Shown: positions 1 to 12,850 of the stretch, piece after piece
Position numbering within the stretch: position 1 is the stretch's first letter
Layout of the letters: every line of letters begins with the position of its first letter
Assembly: GCF_009914755.1 (NCBI RefSeq)
Contig: NC_060946.1
DNA length: 64,000 nucleotides
Reading direction: 5' to 3' (one strand)
Source: the human T2T-CHM13v2.0 reference genome, Homo sapiens
Translations under genes and position numbers: made by a program
The notes under the pieces: model-generated
Database searches by the model: none
The model's input: only the letters and a program-made list of their open reading frames with translations
What the model was told of the DNA's origin: nothing

Positions 1-1635
1 TTTATTTTGGGAAGTTTCTATTGACTTATCTTCCAGTTCCCTGATTCTTTTATTGGCTATGTTGAGTCTACTGATGAACCCACTGAAGTCATTCTTTATT
101 TCTGGTACTGTGTTTTTTGGTTTTAGCATTCATTTCATTGATTGTATTTTAGAGTCTCTGCTTATATTACCCATCTATTCTTGAATGTTGTCTCCTTTTC
201 CCATAATATATTAATCATGGTTATTTTAAATTCTCTGTCAGATCATTCTAACATCATATCTGAATTTGATTCTGATGATTGTTTTATCTCTTCACTGTTT
301 TTTCTTGCTTTTTGGCATACCTTGTCATTTTTTTGTTGAAGGCCAGACATATTGAGTGAGGTAACAGGACTTGGGGTAAATAATCTTGCTAGAAGTTGAG
401 CTCTGTTTAATGTTTGTTGTCACTATACTGCCAGAGGCTTCAAAAATCTCCAGTGTCTCCCTTCTTTAATTGTGACTGAATTTTTCTCTTCAGAGAGGAT
501 CTGTGTTGCAGGTCTTTCACCTATGAACTGCTGTCATTTTACTGGAGCCCTGTTAGTATAGTGGTAAGGAATGAGTAAAGGGGAACATTCTACAGCCTTC
601 CAGTTAAATCTGTCTTCCAGTGAGCTTGTGTCTTAGAGCTGTGATCTTCACAAGTATTTCTCCAGTCATATAGCTTTTTATTTTTGCCACATCTCCAGTG
701 TTCTTATTTCTTTGAAGCCCTGACCTCTGCTGACTTTCTTTCTTTCTTTTCTCTTTTCTTTTTTTTTTTTTTTTTTTTTTGAGATGGAGTTTCACTCTTT
801 CACCCAGGCTGGAGTGAAGGTGGCACAATCTCGACTCACTGCAACCTCCGCCTCCCGGGTTCAAGCCAATTCTCCTGCCTCAGCCTCCCGAGTGGCTGGG
901 ACTACAGGGATGCGCCACCAAGCCTGGCTAATTTTTGTATTTTTAGTAGAGATGGGGTTTCACCATGTTGGCCAGGCTGCTCTTGAACTCCTGACCTCAG
1001 TTAATCCACCTGCCTTGGCCTCCCAAAGTGCTAGGATTACAGATGTGAGCCACCAAGCCCCGGACCTGCTGACTTTGTTTCTTTTCTTCTTAGGTGAGAT
1101 GCTGAAGAGGACTGGAATGGGAAGAATTCTTTTCCCTCCAGCTGGATGGCTCTGGAACTTCTCCTGAAGTGTAGCCTTTGTTATGGAAAAGATTAGTCTA
1201 GTTGTATTTCTAAAGGATTACTCTTCCTCTCCTCCTACCAGAGCCAGAAAGAGGATCTTTCTTGAATCTCGTAAACTTGGGAAGGTTCCTGGAGGTAAAG
1301 TTCACAAATGTGGCAGACCCTGTAAGAATGTGGCTCCTAGGAGTTTCTCACTCACGGCTGTCTACACTCAAGCTCCAGCAATTTGCCAAAACTCCCACTT
1401 GAGTCTTCCTACCAGTTTATGATTCCAGAGGTTTCTGCTCTAGGTAAGCAGATCTCATCTGTGTTTCTCTGGACAAGACTGTCTCTCCAGATTTTAGAAC
1501 AGCAGTTTTTCCCACCTCTTCAGTTCTCTTATGGATCCAATAACTTTATTAATTTTTAGGTTGTCCAGTTTGTTTCATAGTATAAGGGTGGGACAATTTC
1601 TAAGCTCTTTATGTGTCTAAGCTGAAACTGGTAGC
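1..1635 (-). mobile_element. Old L1M-type LINE fragment (5'/ORF1 region), interrupted by an Alu
   Basis: T-rich antisense L1M-like sequence (ttctttatttctggtactgtgttttt...tctgcttatattacccatct...ggttattttaaattctctgtc); boundaries approximate. Confidence 0.6.
738..1065 (-). mobile_element. AluS (Sx/Sq-like), full length
   Basis: T-rich tail then gagatggagtttcactct...gagccaccaagccc; target-site duplication (TSD) ctgctgacttt at 727-737 and 1066-1076. Confidence 0.95.
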
Positions 1636-1649
1636 CCAGTATTAAACTC

Positions 1650-1837
1650 CTTTGAAGGAGTTTACCTGATTGGGTCAGGCCCTCTCTGGATAAGCTCCCT
1701 TTGGATAAACCTAATCTCAGGAGAGATGTTTCACTGTAGTCATAGGTACCACCCACACTTGAGAAGAGGGGGTTCTACAAGGTGTGTGCACTGGGGCTGC
1801 AATGTTGAGAGACTGTCTTTGAATTCTGCCTACCACA
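1650..1837 (-). mobile_element. MLT1E/F-type MaLR LTR fragment
   Basis: Ends gaattctgcctaccaca, the reverse complement of the MLT1 LTR start; internal cctgattgggtcaggccc. Confidence 0.7.
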
Positions 1838-3099
1838 GCTTGCTGGAGGAGGTGATACCTGAATTTAATTCCAAAGGATGAGTGAAATGAGCTGACCTAA
1901 AAGATGGGAAAAGCATGCAAAGCAGAAGGAACAGCATGTGCAAATAAATAAGAAAGAACACAGCATAGATGTTAGCAAGATCCAGATGCTATGCCCAAAG
2001 AGATCCAACTGTGTCCATTAAATATGTTCAGTTTTTAAACTATTATCAATTATACCTCAATAAAACTTATAAAAAGGATCCATATGCTGACTTCCTTTAC
2101 TTTGGGGTCGCATCTTGAGATGAGAAATTTCCTCTGGAGCTCACTTTGAAGAAACAGATAGCTAACCAGCAAGAATTAAATATAAAGAACTCTCTCCATT
2201 GACCAAGAGAATCTTGGATTATTAACTCTGAACGTCAGCATGGTGGGGTCACCTCCAGGGATGTTCTAGGTAAGCACGTTTCTTGTATTTGTGGTGGCTG
2301 GGTTGATGGATATGGTTATTTCCTTCCAGAAATGTTGCCACCTTAACTCTAATGAACTATAGCTTTAATGAACAAGGTCTTTCCACAGAAGTGTTGTGTC
2401 TCTTCAATTATGTCTTGTTAAGCAAACCTTTTCCTTATTTTCTTTCCCCAAACAAAAAGGTAAAAAAAAAAAGAAAAGGAAAAAAAACCCCAAAAACCAA
2501 AAACTCTACAACTTTTTTTTTTTTTAATCCAGGGGAAAGGAGTTGGAATAATTATAGATTGTTTCCCTCTTGTAATTATATAAATGTTATTCTTTGTGTG
2601 GACTGTCCTTTCACTGGACATTTTTTTAATCAAAGATGTTTACATTTCTGCAACACATTTGAAACAAACGAAGCAGCCATCCTGCAGGGAAATGGCATTG
2701 ATGGTTGCCATGGGAACTGTGTGAAGTCACGGAAAGTAGATTATCTCATAATGCATTACCCAGTGTCAGAAACAGGCAGCCTGACTAGAGAACAAACTAC
2801 CAATTAACGAGCGAGGAAACAGGGCCAGAGAATTGGAACAAAATACAAGGCTGCCTCTGAAAGGTCATGTTCAAGCTAATTTATTGGTTATTTTGCTCTA
2901 CCCAAACCCAATTATTCTGATTGATTTCCACCCATATAAATCTACTGTAACCAGTTCAGACTTCTGTATGAAGAATATCCAGAAAAGTAGAATTTTATAT
3001 TTTGGAGAAATTTTCAGGATTAGTTTTTTTTTTTTTTTTAAATCCTTTTGCTCACTCAGTGACATTTTTCAGTTATTATCTTTGTATTTATGAAAACAT

Positions 3100-3330
3100 T
3101 TGGGCGGCAGTACATGTAATTAAAGGTGTGAGTTCTAGCATCAAATTGTTTGAGTAAGAATTCCAGCTTTACCTCTTTTTAGTTTTTCGGTTTTGTACAA
3201 ATAACTATGCCTCTAAGCCTTGGCTTCCTTGATTTTAAAGTGGGAATAATAATACCATCTATTTCTATATCTTGTAGGCTTATTTTGTGGATTAAATGAA
3301 ACTAATCCAAACAAAGAGCATAATGCCTGT
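3100..3330 (+). mobile_element. MIR SINE relic
   Basis: Core ctctaagccttggcttccttgattttaaagtgggaataataatacc...gtggattaaatga. Confidence 0.65.
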
Positions 3331-3489
3331 GTTTTATAAGGGTTTGGTGGTGTTTATCTAAAGAAGGTATCCAGATTTTCTACATTAAATGAGGCCTGTT
3401 TTTGCAAAGTCAGGAATTAAAAAAAAAAAAAAAGCTCATCTTGTTAAAAAAAGAAAAAGAGAGAAAAATATGTGTTGATTACAAAGTCT

Positions 3490-3802
3490 AACTTCAACTG
3501 TCATCAAAATCACCTAGAGAGCTTTATCAAACCGTAGGTTTTAGGGGCCCACTCCAGACCTACTGATGAGAATCTCTTGGTACGGGGCACAGATACGTGC
3601 ATTCTAAATGACCTCCCTGAGTAAGTCTGTTTCAAATTAGCCAGCCTAAGAATCCCTTGTCTCCTAAGAGTCATTTGGTTAAAATGTGTCCATTGGAACG
3701 CATTTTTCTAAATCCCATTTTCTGGGTTTGGTCAGCTCATGCGGGGTGCTGCCTGGGTAATGAAAATTTTAACAGGCCTTTAAGGTGATTCTGATGCAGG
3801 TA
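3490..3802. mobile_element. MER5-type hAT MITE relics (two adjacent pieces)
   Basis: aatcacctagagagcttt...ccccactccagacctactga; ttttaacaggcc...ggtgattctgatgcagg. Confidence 0.6.
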
Positions 3803-4056
3803 GTACGAAAAGTATAAAGTATAAAAAAGAGTCTCTCCAGGTCCTTTTCCCACTCAACCTCACTTTACCACTTGGAAAAAGAGGCTCTCATGATGTTCAC
3901 AGCTGCTTAGGAGTATGGATGGTTTTTCACAGGAAGAACAAAGAGGCTAAAACTTCTTTCTTACATGTAGAAAGCTGTTCTCTCTATCTCTTTGGTAACC
4001 CAGGCTGCTTCCTTTCCTCTACTTTCCTTATAAGGCCAAATAGAAACCAGGCTGGA

Positions 4057-4410
<354 letters not shown>

Positions 4411-4503
4411 TTAGCCACTTCTATTCTCAGTGAGGAAAAAAACATCCCCTTTGGACTTGTTCTTCTTCATCTCCTTTAGTTACTGGAATTGAGAGAGTCA
4501 AGG

Positions 4504-4719
4504 AAATGATGTGCTGGCTTAACAACTGGGTCTCAGAAAAACATATACACACACAAACAAGCCCTGATTTGTAGCCCTTGCTGATTCCCATGGTGTAAAT
4601 ACACCAACCTACGGCTGATTTCAAGCTGACAACCATGACGTTACTGTACACAGATGTCGGAAGAGACAGGGACAATCTGTTCTCCTGAGCCAATCCAAGC
4701 CAGCTCCAGTACATCTCTG
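4504..4719 (-). mobile_element. MER63A (hAT-Blackjack) element
   Basis: ctgatttgtagc...ggtgtaaatac...gatttcaagct...gagccaatccaagccagctccagtacatctctg, with degenerate terminal inverted repeats. Confidence 0.75.
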
Positions 4720-5085
4720 GGCCATATCAGATGACTAGATTGTGGACCCATTAGAAATAAAGCCACAAAGGAACAGGCCACGTGACTGAGGTCACCTAGC
4801 CTTGGCCTTAAGCCGGAGGGACAGGTGAGGGTCTTCCTTACTGATGTGTGACTCAGCTCAGTTTCCCAGGGTAGACAACCACAAAAAAAAAAGTGTAAAT
4901 AAATTTCTTTGCAAACGCTGCCTTCAGTAGGTTGGTAGTTGCTGCTCGGGGTGCTGTGTAGAAGGATGCAGAGGCCCTCTGTTGGCCTCACAGGATGATT
5001 ACTAGGATCCCTAGTGAGGTTTGAAGTGAACACGGAAGAGAGGAGTGAAGGCACATGTGTTTGCCATCTGTGTTGTGGGGATTCC

Positions 5086-5180
5086 ATTCACTCATTCATT
5101 CAGAGAATACTGAGTTTCCATTAAGTTTCAGGCACTGTTCTAGGCACTGAAAGTAAAGGGAAGAGTGAGATAAAGTTCAT
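5086..5180 (-). mobile_element. L2 3' end relic
   Basis: attcactcattcattcag...caggcactgttctaggcactg. Confidence 0.65.
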
Positions 5181-5542
5181 GCGGAGTTTTGTGGGATTGG
5201 GCCTAAAGCTCTAATTAGTAATAAGAATTTCCCATCTGCATGCAGTTTTTATACCTAAATAGGTAGTTTGCCAAGAATTCAAGGGTCTTATTCAAATAGC
5301 TTTCCATTAGAAAAATGAATGAATTCAGTATTGAGAGAGGCTCTAGGTCAAGACCCATCTCTGGAAGGAAGAAAAGGAAATGAAAGTACAACTGTAGGAG
5401 AGGAATAAAGAATACCTGTTCTGTCAAAGAAGATGCATCCAATGATATTTCATTTTCAGGAAGGAATGAATGAATAGACAAATAACTTAATATATTTTCA
5501 GTTGTGGGCATTTCCTATGCGAAGACAAAAACTCTGTGGTCT

Positions 5543-5679
5543 AGCTAATGCATGTGGGGCTTAATACCTAGATGATGGGTTGATAGGTGCAGCAAACCAC
5601 CATGGCACACCTTTACCTATATAACAAACCTGCACATCTTGCACATGTATCCCGGAACTTAAAATTAAAAAAAAAAAAA
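5543..5679 (+). mobile_element. L1PA 3' end, heavily 5'-truncated
   Basis: gctaatgcatgtggggcttaatacctagatgatgggttgataggtgcagcaaaccaccatggcac...cttaaaattaaaaaaa; degenerate TSD aaaaactctgtggtct / aacaattctgtgatct. Confidence 0.9.
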
Positions 5680-5959
5680 CAATTCTGTGATCTTACACAC
5701 AGAGATAAGTTGGTTCTGTAGAAAGATGCAAAGATTTTGAAGACTGATAGGAATGGATTTGAATTCTACTTCTGCCACGTTCTTAATTTTCCTTCAGCAA
5801 ATGTGTACTGAATGCCTATTTTCTGCCATGTCCTATACTAGGTACTGGGAAGCATAGGGGAGTAAGATCCTGCCCTCTCTTTAGGGAGCTCATGGTCTAT
5901 TTAAGAGCTGTGTGAGAGGTGTAGGGCAAGATAGTGAACTTCACCAACTTAATGCGTAA

Positions 5960-6220
<261 letters not shown>

Positions 6221-6974
6221 GTATAATAACATTTCTGATGTGCAAATGCTGCCTTCTGCATTCTTCTAATAATACTATTTAAGGGCATGGGGGATTGGAT
6301 GAGACAATGCAAAAAAACAAAACTAGTGCCTAGAGACACCCAACGTACATTGGTTTCTTTGTCCATGTTCCATTCCATGTTTCCTTTATAGCTGTTGGAG
6401 GTTAGGGCCACTCACGTGATGTGTTCTCTGCCTGCTCCTCTAATCTGGTCAAAATAAAAATCAAGAGCAGCCTCAGGAGGAAAATAACTCACAAAAATGC
6501 AACATGGGGTTGGAGGAGTTGGCCTGATGTCTGGAGGCTCTTTCTCATGTGATTTGCTTCACCTGATTCTAAGTCCACCTTACCTTGGCAACCATAAATT
6601 TTACCCTAAAAATCCACTTACATTTCAGTTGTTCAGGACTTGAAATAGTTTCTCCACAAAGAGGATGTTTTAATTGGTTTGAGGGCGACCCACATGAAGT
6701 TGACATGCAATTTCATCTAACTTATAAGTTCTAGAGGTTCCCTGAACCCCAGGCTTCCATGAATATTGAGTTATCAGGGGACACTAGGCTGAGATTCAAG
6801 AACCTGGCCCTGGGTAGCATGAGTGGAAGCTCTCTCTGCAACAGCCAGAGATGGTAGTGCTGATCAACTCATTATCAATATAAAATGATAATTAGTAATG
6901 GTAATATATTAGAGATGGTCTCTATGTAAGCTTCACACGTTTTGCTATCTTTTCCCTCTTGCTTTCTCTCTCTG

Positions 6975-7273
6975 TTTTTTTTTTTTTTTTGAGATGGAGT
7001 CTTGCTCTGTTGCCCAGGCTGGAGGGCAGTGGTGCCATCTCCACTCATTGCAACCTCTGCCTCCCAGGTTCAAGCTAGTCTCCTGCCTCAGCCTCCCCAG
7101 TAGCTGGGACTGCAGGCATGGACCACCATGCCCAGCTAATTTTTTTTGTATTTTTAGTGGAGACAGGATTTCACCATGTTGGCCAGGCTGGTCTTGAACT
7201 CCTGACCTTGTGATCTGCCTGCCTTGGCCTCCCAAAGTGCTGGGATTACCGGTGTGAGCCACCGTGCCCAGCC
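6975..7273 (-). mobile_element. AluSg-like, full length
   Basis: Poly-T, Alu body with ctgaccttgtgatc (2-bp-shorter left arm), ends gtgcccagcc. Confidence 0.95.
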
Positions 7274-8049
7274 TTGCTCTCTCTTTTTAAAAGCAGATTC
7301 TTCTCTTCTCCCTTCATTGCCAAGTCATCTGCCAGCTGGTTGGATCCTGGAGAAGTGGAGTAGTTTTGGGGAAGACAGTGGGATCAGGGAAAAAAGGGAA
7401 TGGAAAGGATGGGAAAGGGGCAAGTGAAAGGGGGAGTAGGGTGGGGAAGACTTGAATTATTGAACATTAAGGAAGGCATTTGTATTGATTTTCATCTCAT
7501 CCATAGAGAGGTAGCAAATGTAGTGGGTGATGGAATTTTGTCTTTCCTCTCTTCCTTCTAATACCACATGTGAAAGTGTAAATTCTAGGGTCACTTTGTG
7601 CCCATCTAGTGGAACCAGTAGATTTCCAGCTGGCTGTGTGTATGCATGCATTTAGATGCTCTGAGCATGTGATTCAGGGAAGACTGATGTCTCTACACTC
7701 TAAAGCCTTTATTTATTTACTTGCACATGACATATTTAATTCCAAGGTGCTCAAGGCATTTTTGCAAGCATTAAATTAACTGTTAATCCTCTCTCTGTAT
7801 ATATAAAGCAGTGAAAAAAGTCTTTTATTATAAAACTTTGTGGACTAAATCTGAAAAACAGACTTAACAGGAATAAGGATAATTAAGGGGGATGAAAAGA
7901 GAAAGACGCAATAGGAAAAGGAGACCCGAATGAAAAGAAAAGCCTTCTGTGGCTCCCCGCCAAGGATGGAAACCTCTGGGAGATTTTCTCTTCAGCCTGG
8001 GACCAAGCCAGCCATCCAGCATTCCAGGTGGTGACTCTGTATGTGTGTT

Positions 8050-8200
8050 TCTAGGTTTATCTAGTAGCTACCTAACCTGGGGTAAGGTACGTCCCCACGT
8101 GAACACTAAATTTCCATAGCTTTAAAATGGGGATTACAACAGTATCTACCCCATAGATTTATAGTGAAGAACACACAGTAGGGATGCAATATGTGTTACC
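8050..8200 (+). mobile_element. MIR relic
   Basis: tttaaaatggggattacaacagtatctaccccatag core. Confidence 0.55.
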
Positions 8201-8334
8201 TGAATTATCATCATCACCATCATCATCATCCATAAACATCAAGCAGATTTCTGTCTTGATCACTGTTGGCAAAGGGATTGTTTTGCCCCAGCCAAAATTG
8301 TGTCTGAAAACTCCCAATGATAGATATCACAGAA

Positions 8335-8836
8335 ATGTCTGCAATTTGCCACATCTCCCTATATCAATACCCTTGACAGTGTGACTTTTCAGTTCCTCCT
8401 ATGGGGTGGATTCTACTTACTTACATCTTGAAGATGGATTTTGCGACTTGCTTTGGCCATGAGAATACAAAAGAAGTGACATTGTTCCAGTTCTAAGTCT
8501 AGACCTCAAGTGGCCTTGCATGCTTTGATTTGTTCTCCTGGAAAGTTGTCCTGCCATCATGAGAACAGATCCAGGCTAACCTTCTGATGATGAGAGAGGT
8601 GTGGTCCAGCAGTCCTCAGCACCCCAGCTGACAGTCATCCTAGATTGATCAGTCCTCAGCCACCTGCAAGATGACCGCAGACACAGGAGTGAGAAGGTTG
8701 ATACAGGCTGTGCCCAGCCCAGATTAGCAGGGCCACCCATTTTACCTGTAAATCCATGAGCAATAAAAAATGATGGCTGTCTTGAACTGAGAAGTTTTGA
8801 GAGTGTTTTTTTATGCAGCAATACCTAATTGCTACC
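8335..8836 (+). mobile_element. MLT1H-type MaLR solo LTR
   Basis: gacttgctttggcc...agaagtgac...gttctaagtctagacctcaag; 3' end ttatgcagcaatacctaattgctaca. Confidence 0.75.
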
Positions 8837-8972
8837 ACCCTCTTTTCAGGTTTACTTTTTATTTACTTACTTATTTGAGATGGGATCTTGCTAAGTTGCC
8901 GTAGGGAGGGTTGGTGGGAAGGTTGGTGGAAGCCACATAAAGAAATTCCTTCAGTATCTCTAGAATTGTCAC

Positions 8973-9233
8973 TGCTATGGTCTTAATGTATTTTCCAAAA
9001 TTCATTTGCTGGAATTTGATTTTCAATGTGATAGTGTTAAAAGGTGAGGGCTTTAGGACATGATAAAGTCACGAAGACAGGCCCTCATGGATGGAGTTAT
9101 TGTCATTATAAAAGGGCTTGAAGGGGCTGGCCCATTCTTTTTGCCCCTTCCATCTTCTGCCATGTGAAGACACAGCAAGATAAATGACCCAGGCTCAGGT
9201 ATTTTGTTATAGCAGCGTGAACAGACTGAGACA
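8973..9233 (+). mobile_element. MST (C/D)-type MaLR solo LTR with internal deletion
   Basis: tgctatggtcttaatg start; gccatgtgaagacacagc; ends gtattttgttatagcagc...gactgagaca. Confidence 0.8.
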
Positions 9234-9243
9234 GACACCTATC

Positions 9244-9605
9244 TGTCTTTGTTCACTCAGGCTGCTGTAGCTAAATGCTATAGACTGGGTGGCTTGTAAA
9301 CAACAGAAATTTATGTCTCACAGCTCGAGAGGCCTGGAAATCCATAGCATGTTGTGTGACCAGTGAGGGCCCTCTTCCTGGATCACCAATGGACTTCCTC
9401 TTGCTGTGTCCTCACATGGTGAAAGGGGCAAGTGAGCTCTCTGGAGTCGTTTTTATAGGGGCACTAATCCCATTCATGAAGGCTTCACCCTCATACTCTA
9501 ATCACCTACCAAAGGCCTCACCTCCTAATACCACCACGTTGGTGATTAGGTTTCAGTGTATGAAACCTAATATGGGATGGGGGCACAGACATTTCATCCA
9601 TATCA
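9244..9605 (-). mobile_element. MLT1A0-type MaLR solo LTR
   Basis: agactgggtggcttgtaaacaacagaaattt...gggcactaatcccattcatga...cacagacatt. Confidence 0.85.
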
Positions 9606-11124
9606 TTATCTCTCCACTTTCTCAACCTTCCCTCTCATCTCCTTCTTCTAGTCTCGCCTACCCCCTTCCTCATCTCCCACTCTCCAATCCATTCTCCTGT
9701 CAGAACAACTTTTTTCTGACATGTAAATCTTGTTCTGTTGCTCTCCTACTTCAAATCCATTGTGGACTTTCCATTGCTCTCAGAACAAAGCCAGAACTCA
9801 TAGCATGGGACATAACACTCTCTATGGCAATCTCTCCTCTGTCTCCCACCTGTTATGTATCTGCCTGTGCCTCCCACTTGTTACCTAAGATCTAGCTGTG
9901 GCTTTTGGAGTCTCTGGGGAGCCCAGGCACAGGTTTATCCTTCCTCTTCTGGGTTTTGAACACCGTGAGAGAAACAACCCAAAGGAATCAGAATACCAAA
10001 ATATCACCTCTCACGGTGATAAGAGCTAAGTTAGATGACACAACTTGTGTGAGTAGCATGGACCCACTAGCTGAATTCCTTGAACTGGGCAAGTTATCCA
10101 TCCAGCCACAGGCAGTGCAGGCTCAGGGAATCTTCAACCAGTAAATATTAAATGCATGACATGAACATGCATAGAACTTCCACTCTTTGCATGTAATTTG
10201 CTCCCAAGAAAATAAGGGAGATCTATTTTATATTCTTTCCAAATTTACCAATCAGATAAGTCAGTCCACCTCCCCTGGGATGGAGTGAGTAAAGGGTGGA
10301 GAAATGCCATCTGAAAGACTTCAGGAGAAGGGGTGATGTATCCCCCTATCAGTATTGAACACTCATGGTCCTCTGAACACACTCTGCCGCTTGTCTCATA
10401 TCACTGTGTGTTTGAATATGCTGGTGCTTCTGACTGGAACACTCTCATCTGCCCACTCCTTGTCTATCCCCATTTGTTTAACCCACTCCTACTTAGTCTT
10501 TAGAACACTCTCCTGAAAATTAAGTGAGAACTATTAGTTGACCCTCTAGGAAGTGTCTGGAAATTAAGAGCCCTTTAATAATTTCTTATTGAACACATGG
10601 AAGTGGTATTTGACCTTGACCTTGATCGAAGGGTTAGATCCGGACAAGTAAGCTTGGACAGTAGAGAAGAGGCTTGAAGAATTTTTTTAGGCAGAGAGGA
10701 TCTCTCGAGCAAATTCAGATATGAGAAATACATACTGAGTGTGGTTGGTTTGGCTAAAGCACGGACCATACAAAGAGAAGTTTGTTACATCAAGTTAGAA
10801 AAGTTGGTTAAAGCTAGATTGTGAAGGGTTTTGAACGTCAGGCTAAATAATTTGGTAGGCAGTAAAGAGCCATTAAAGAATTCAAGCAGATTAGTGCAAT
10901 CAATAATATATTCCTGACATTTAGGCAGAAAGTGTCTAGTTTTGCCAATTGGCAAGTTTTTCACCTGTTGAGATGAGTTTTAGCTACATCCCTATGTGAT
11001 TTTTCTCAGCACAGCACCTTGGATTGCTAATAATTTGTTTCAAATCACATTCACTTAAAAAGAAGTAGAGAGGGTAGTAGAGAAATAGATGCATGAGAAA
11101 TTCCTGTAATTCAAAATAGACAAG

Positions 11125-11309
11125 TTTTTCTTCCTCTTCCTCTTCCTTCTCCTCCTCCTCCTCCTCATCTTCTTCCTCTTCCTCCTCTTCCTCTTCCCCT
11201 TCCCCTCCTTCTCCTTCTCCTTCTTCTTCTCCTTCTTCTTCTCCTTCTCCTTCTCCTCCTCCTCCTTCTTCTTCTTCTTCTTTTCTCTCTCTCTCTCTTT
11301 CCCTTCTTT
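11125..11309. repeat. (CTT/CTC)n polypyrimidine tract, ~185 bp
   Basis: Continuous C/T run with a single A at 11167. Confidence 0.95.
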
Positions 11310-11695
11310 GTGGGTGTCCTGGGGAAAAGAGTACTCTTTTATTTGGTGATGAACAAATGTAAATCTCCAATGTTGGTGAAGAAAAGTTAAGAGAAGTTTG
11401 TTTGTACTCTCCTGGTTTATACTATAAGCTACCAAGTGGGGGGTCCAGTTAGAAAAGTTTCTCTAATTTACTGTTGGTTGGTCGGCAGCAGCTCCGACAG
11501 CTTGGGAATTGACTTCCTCAACCATGCTCAACTCACAGCTGCACTTCAAGTTGTTATAAAATGACCTTGAGGTGAAGTCGTCATGGGCTCTGAAGACCAC
11601 ACCAGTCCTTTGATGTTACTAGATTAGTGATGCAGGCAGCTCTGTGGAAGTCAAGAGGGAGAATGCAATGAAGGAAGACTTGGGAGGAGACCCAA

Positions 11696-12179
11696 TGTGA
11701 TAGATTAATTACATTAATGGTTCGTATTCCTTTCTCCTCCCTATATCCACACGGTAACCATGTAACTTCGTAGCGCGCTCCCACTCTGAATCTCATGCTG
11801 GGTTTAGCCATGTTACATGCTTTGACCAATGGGATGTTAGCTAATGTGACTCAGGCTGAAATTTCAAAAAACTTTTATGTGATTGGAACTGCTTTTGCGC
11901 CTTGGCTATCACCATGAGAACATTCTTGGGCTCACCTTTGGGAAGATGAGAGAAATATGGTTGTTCAGTTACTCCAACCAGAACCATCCTAGAGTAGCTG
12001 ACAAGTAGGCAACTCTTACATATGTGGGCAAGTCCACACAGCTGAGTCCAGACAGAGTCAGAAGAGCTGCCTACCTGAACATGACAGATGTGCAAATGCT
12101 AAATGCTATTATTGTATGCTACTGAGGTTTTGTGGTTGTGTGTTACATGGCATTATTGTGACCATAGATAACTGATACA
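11696..12179 (+). mobile_element. MLT1I/J-type MaLR solo LTR
   Basis: tgtgatagatt start; gctttgaccaatgggatgttagc; ends gcattattgtgaccatagataactgataca. Confidence 0.75.
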
Positions 12180-12401
12180 GCCAATGACTATAGTTGGTGT
12201 GGGAAAGGGACATTTGCAGAGTTGGGAAAACACCCAGGAGTTTCATGCCCTATGGCTGTGGCACTCACACCTGAATGAGTCTCTCTGCTTCCCTTCTTGT
12301 CTTGCTATAGCAGGTGCTATTTTCCTTTTTCCCTAAAGTTTTAATTTTTAAAGTTGAAGTTATACCTTTATCAAAGTTGAGAGGGAGACTATAGCATAGT
12401 G

Positions 12402-12850
12402 TATATTCTTGGGTTCACAAATAGCATTTGCAGGATCTATAAACTAGGATGGGAAAATACTGCATTTTTCTTTTCACTAATGTCTCCCCACAATTTACTC
12501 TTGAATACAGGCAGCCGAATAATACATGGTTGTGTTAGCAGTACCTGAGAGACTTTGTCAAGAATAGAAACTGATATTTTTATACTCCATTAGTGTTATT
12601 GCTCATGGCTACTTTGGAATTGTGGTAGATAGTAGACCTATCACTGAAACTTGCTGTTACTGGGATAACAAGGAAGCACATATATTGTCATATTGCATTT
12701 TAAAATATTTTGATAACTCTTATGGAGATACAATTAGTTTCTACTGTAACTCTATGGGCTTTTAATGTGTTCAACATTTGAAACAAAGGAGATCCTAGGC
12801 TTCACCGGAATGCCAAGGGGTAAAGGCTTAGAAAATTTTAAGAACCCCTG
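12402..12850 (-). mobile_element. Charlie4-type hAT DNA transposon
   Basis: Ends aggcttcaccggaatgccaagggg...ttaagaacccctg; reverse-complement similarity to 42400-43157. Confidence 0.7.

Noticed and set aside
784-1167. Alu-derived ORFs (also at 4117, 5981, 6994, 19947, 28462, 37286, 42474, 46576, 52134, 59109)
   Set aside because: Typical Alu translations ([23 protein letters not shown]); not genes.
2262-2276. Strong splice-donor match AG|GTAAGC
   Set aside because: No supportable paired acceptor or reading frame; such matches are frequent.
7411-7446. G-quadruplex-like G-runs
   Set aside because: Needs a 9-nt loop, has no promoter context, and such motifs are common.
7600-7613. CTCF-like motifs here and near 32180
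   Set aside because: Mismatches at core positions; too weak without data.
10984-11435. Glu-rich and Lys/Arg-rich ORFs
   Set aside because: Translations of the (CTT/CTC)n tract; no splice or codon evidence.
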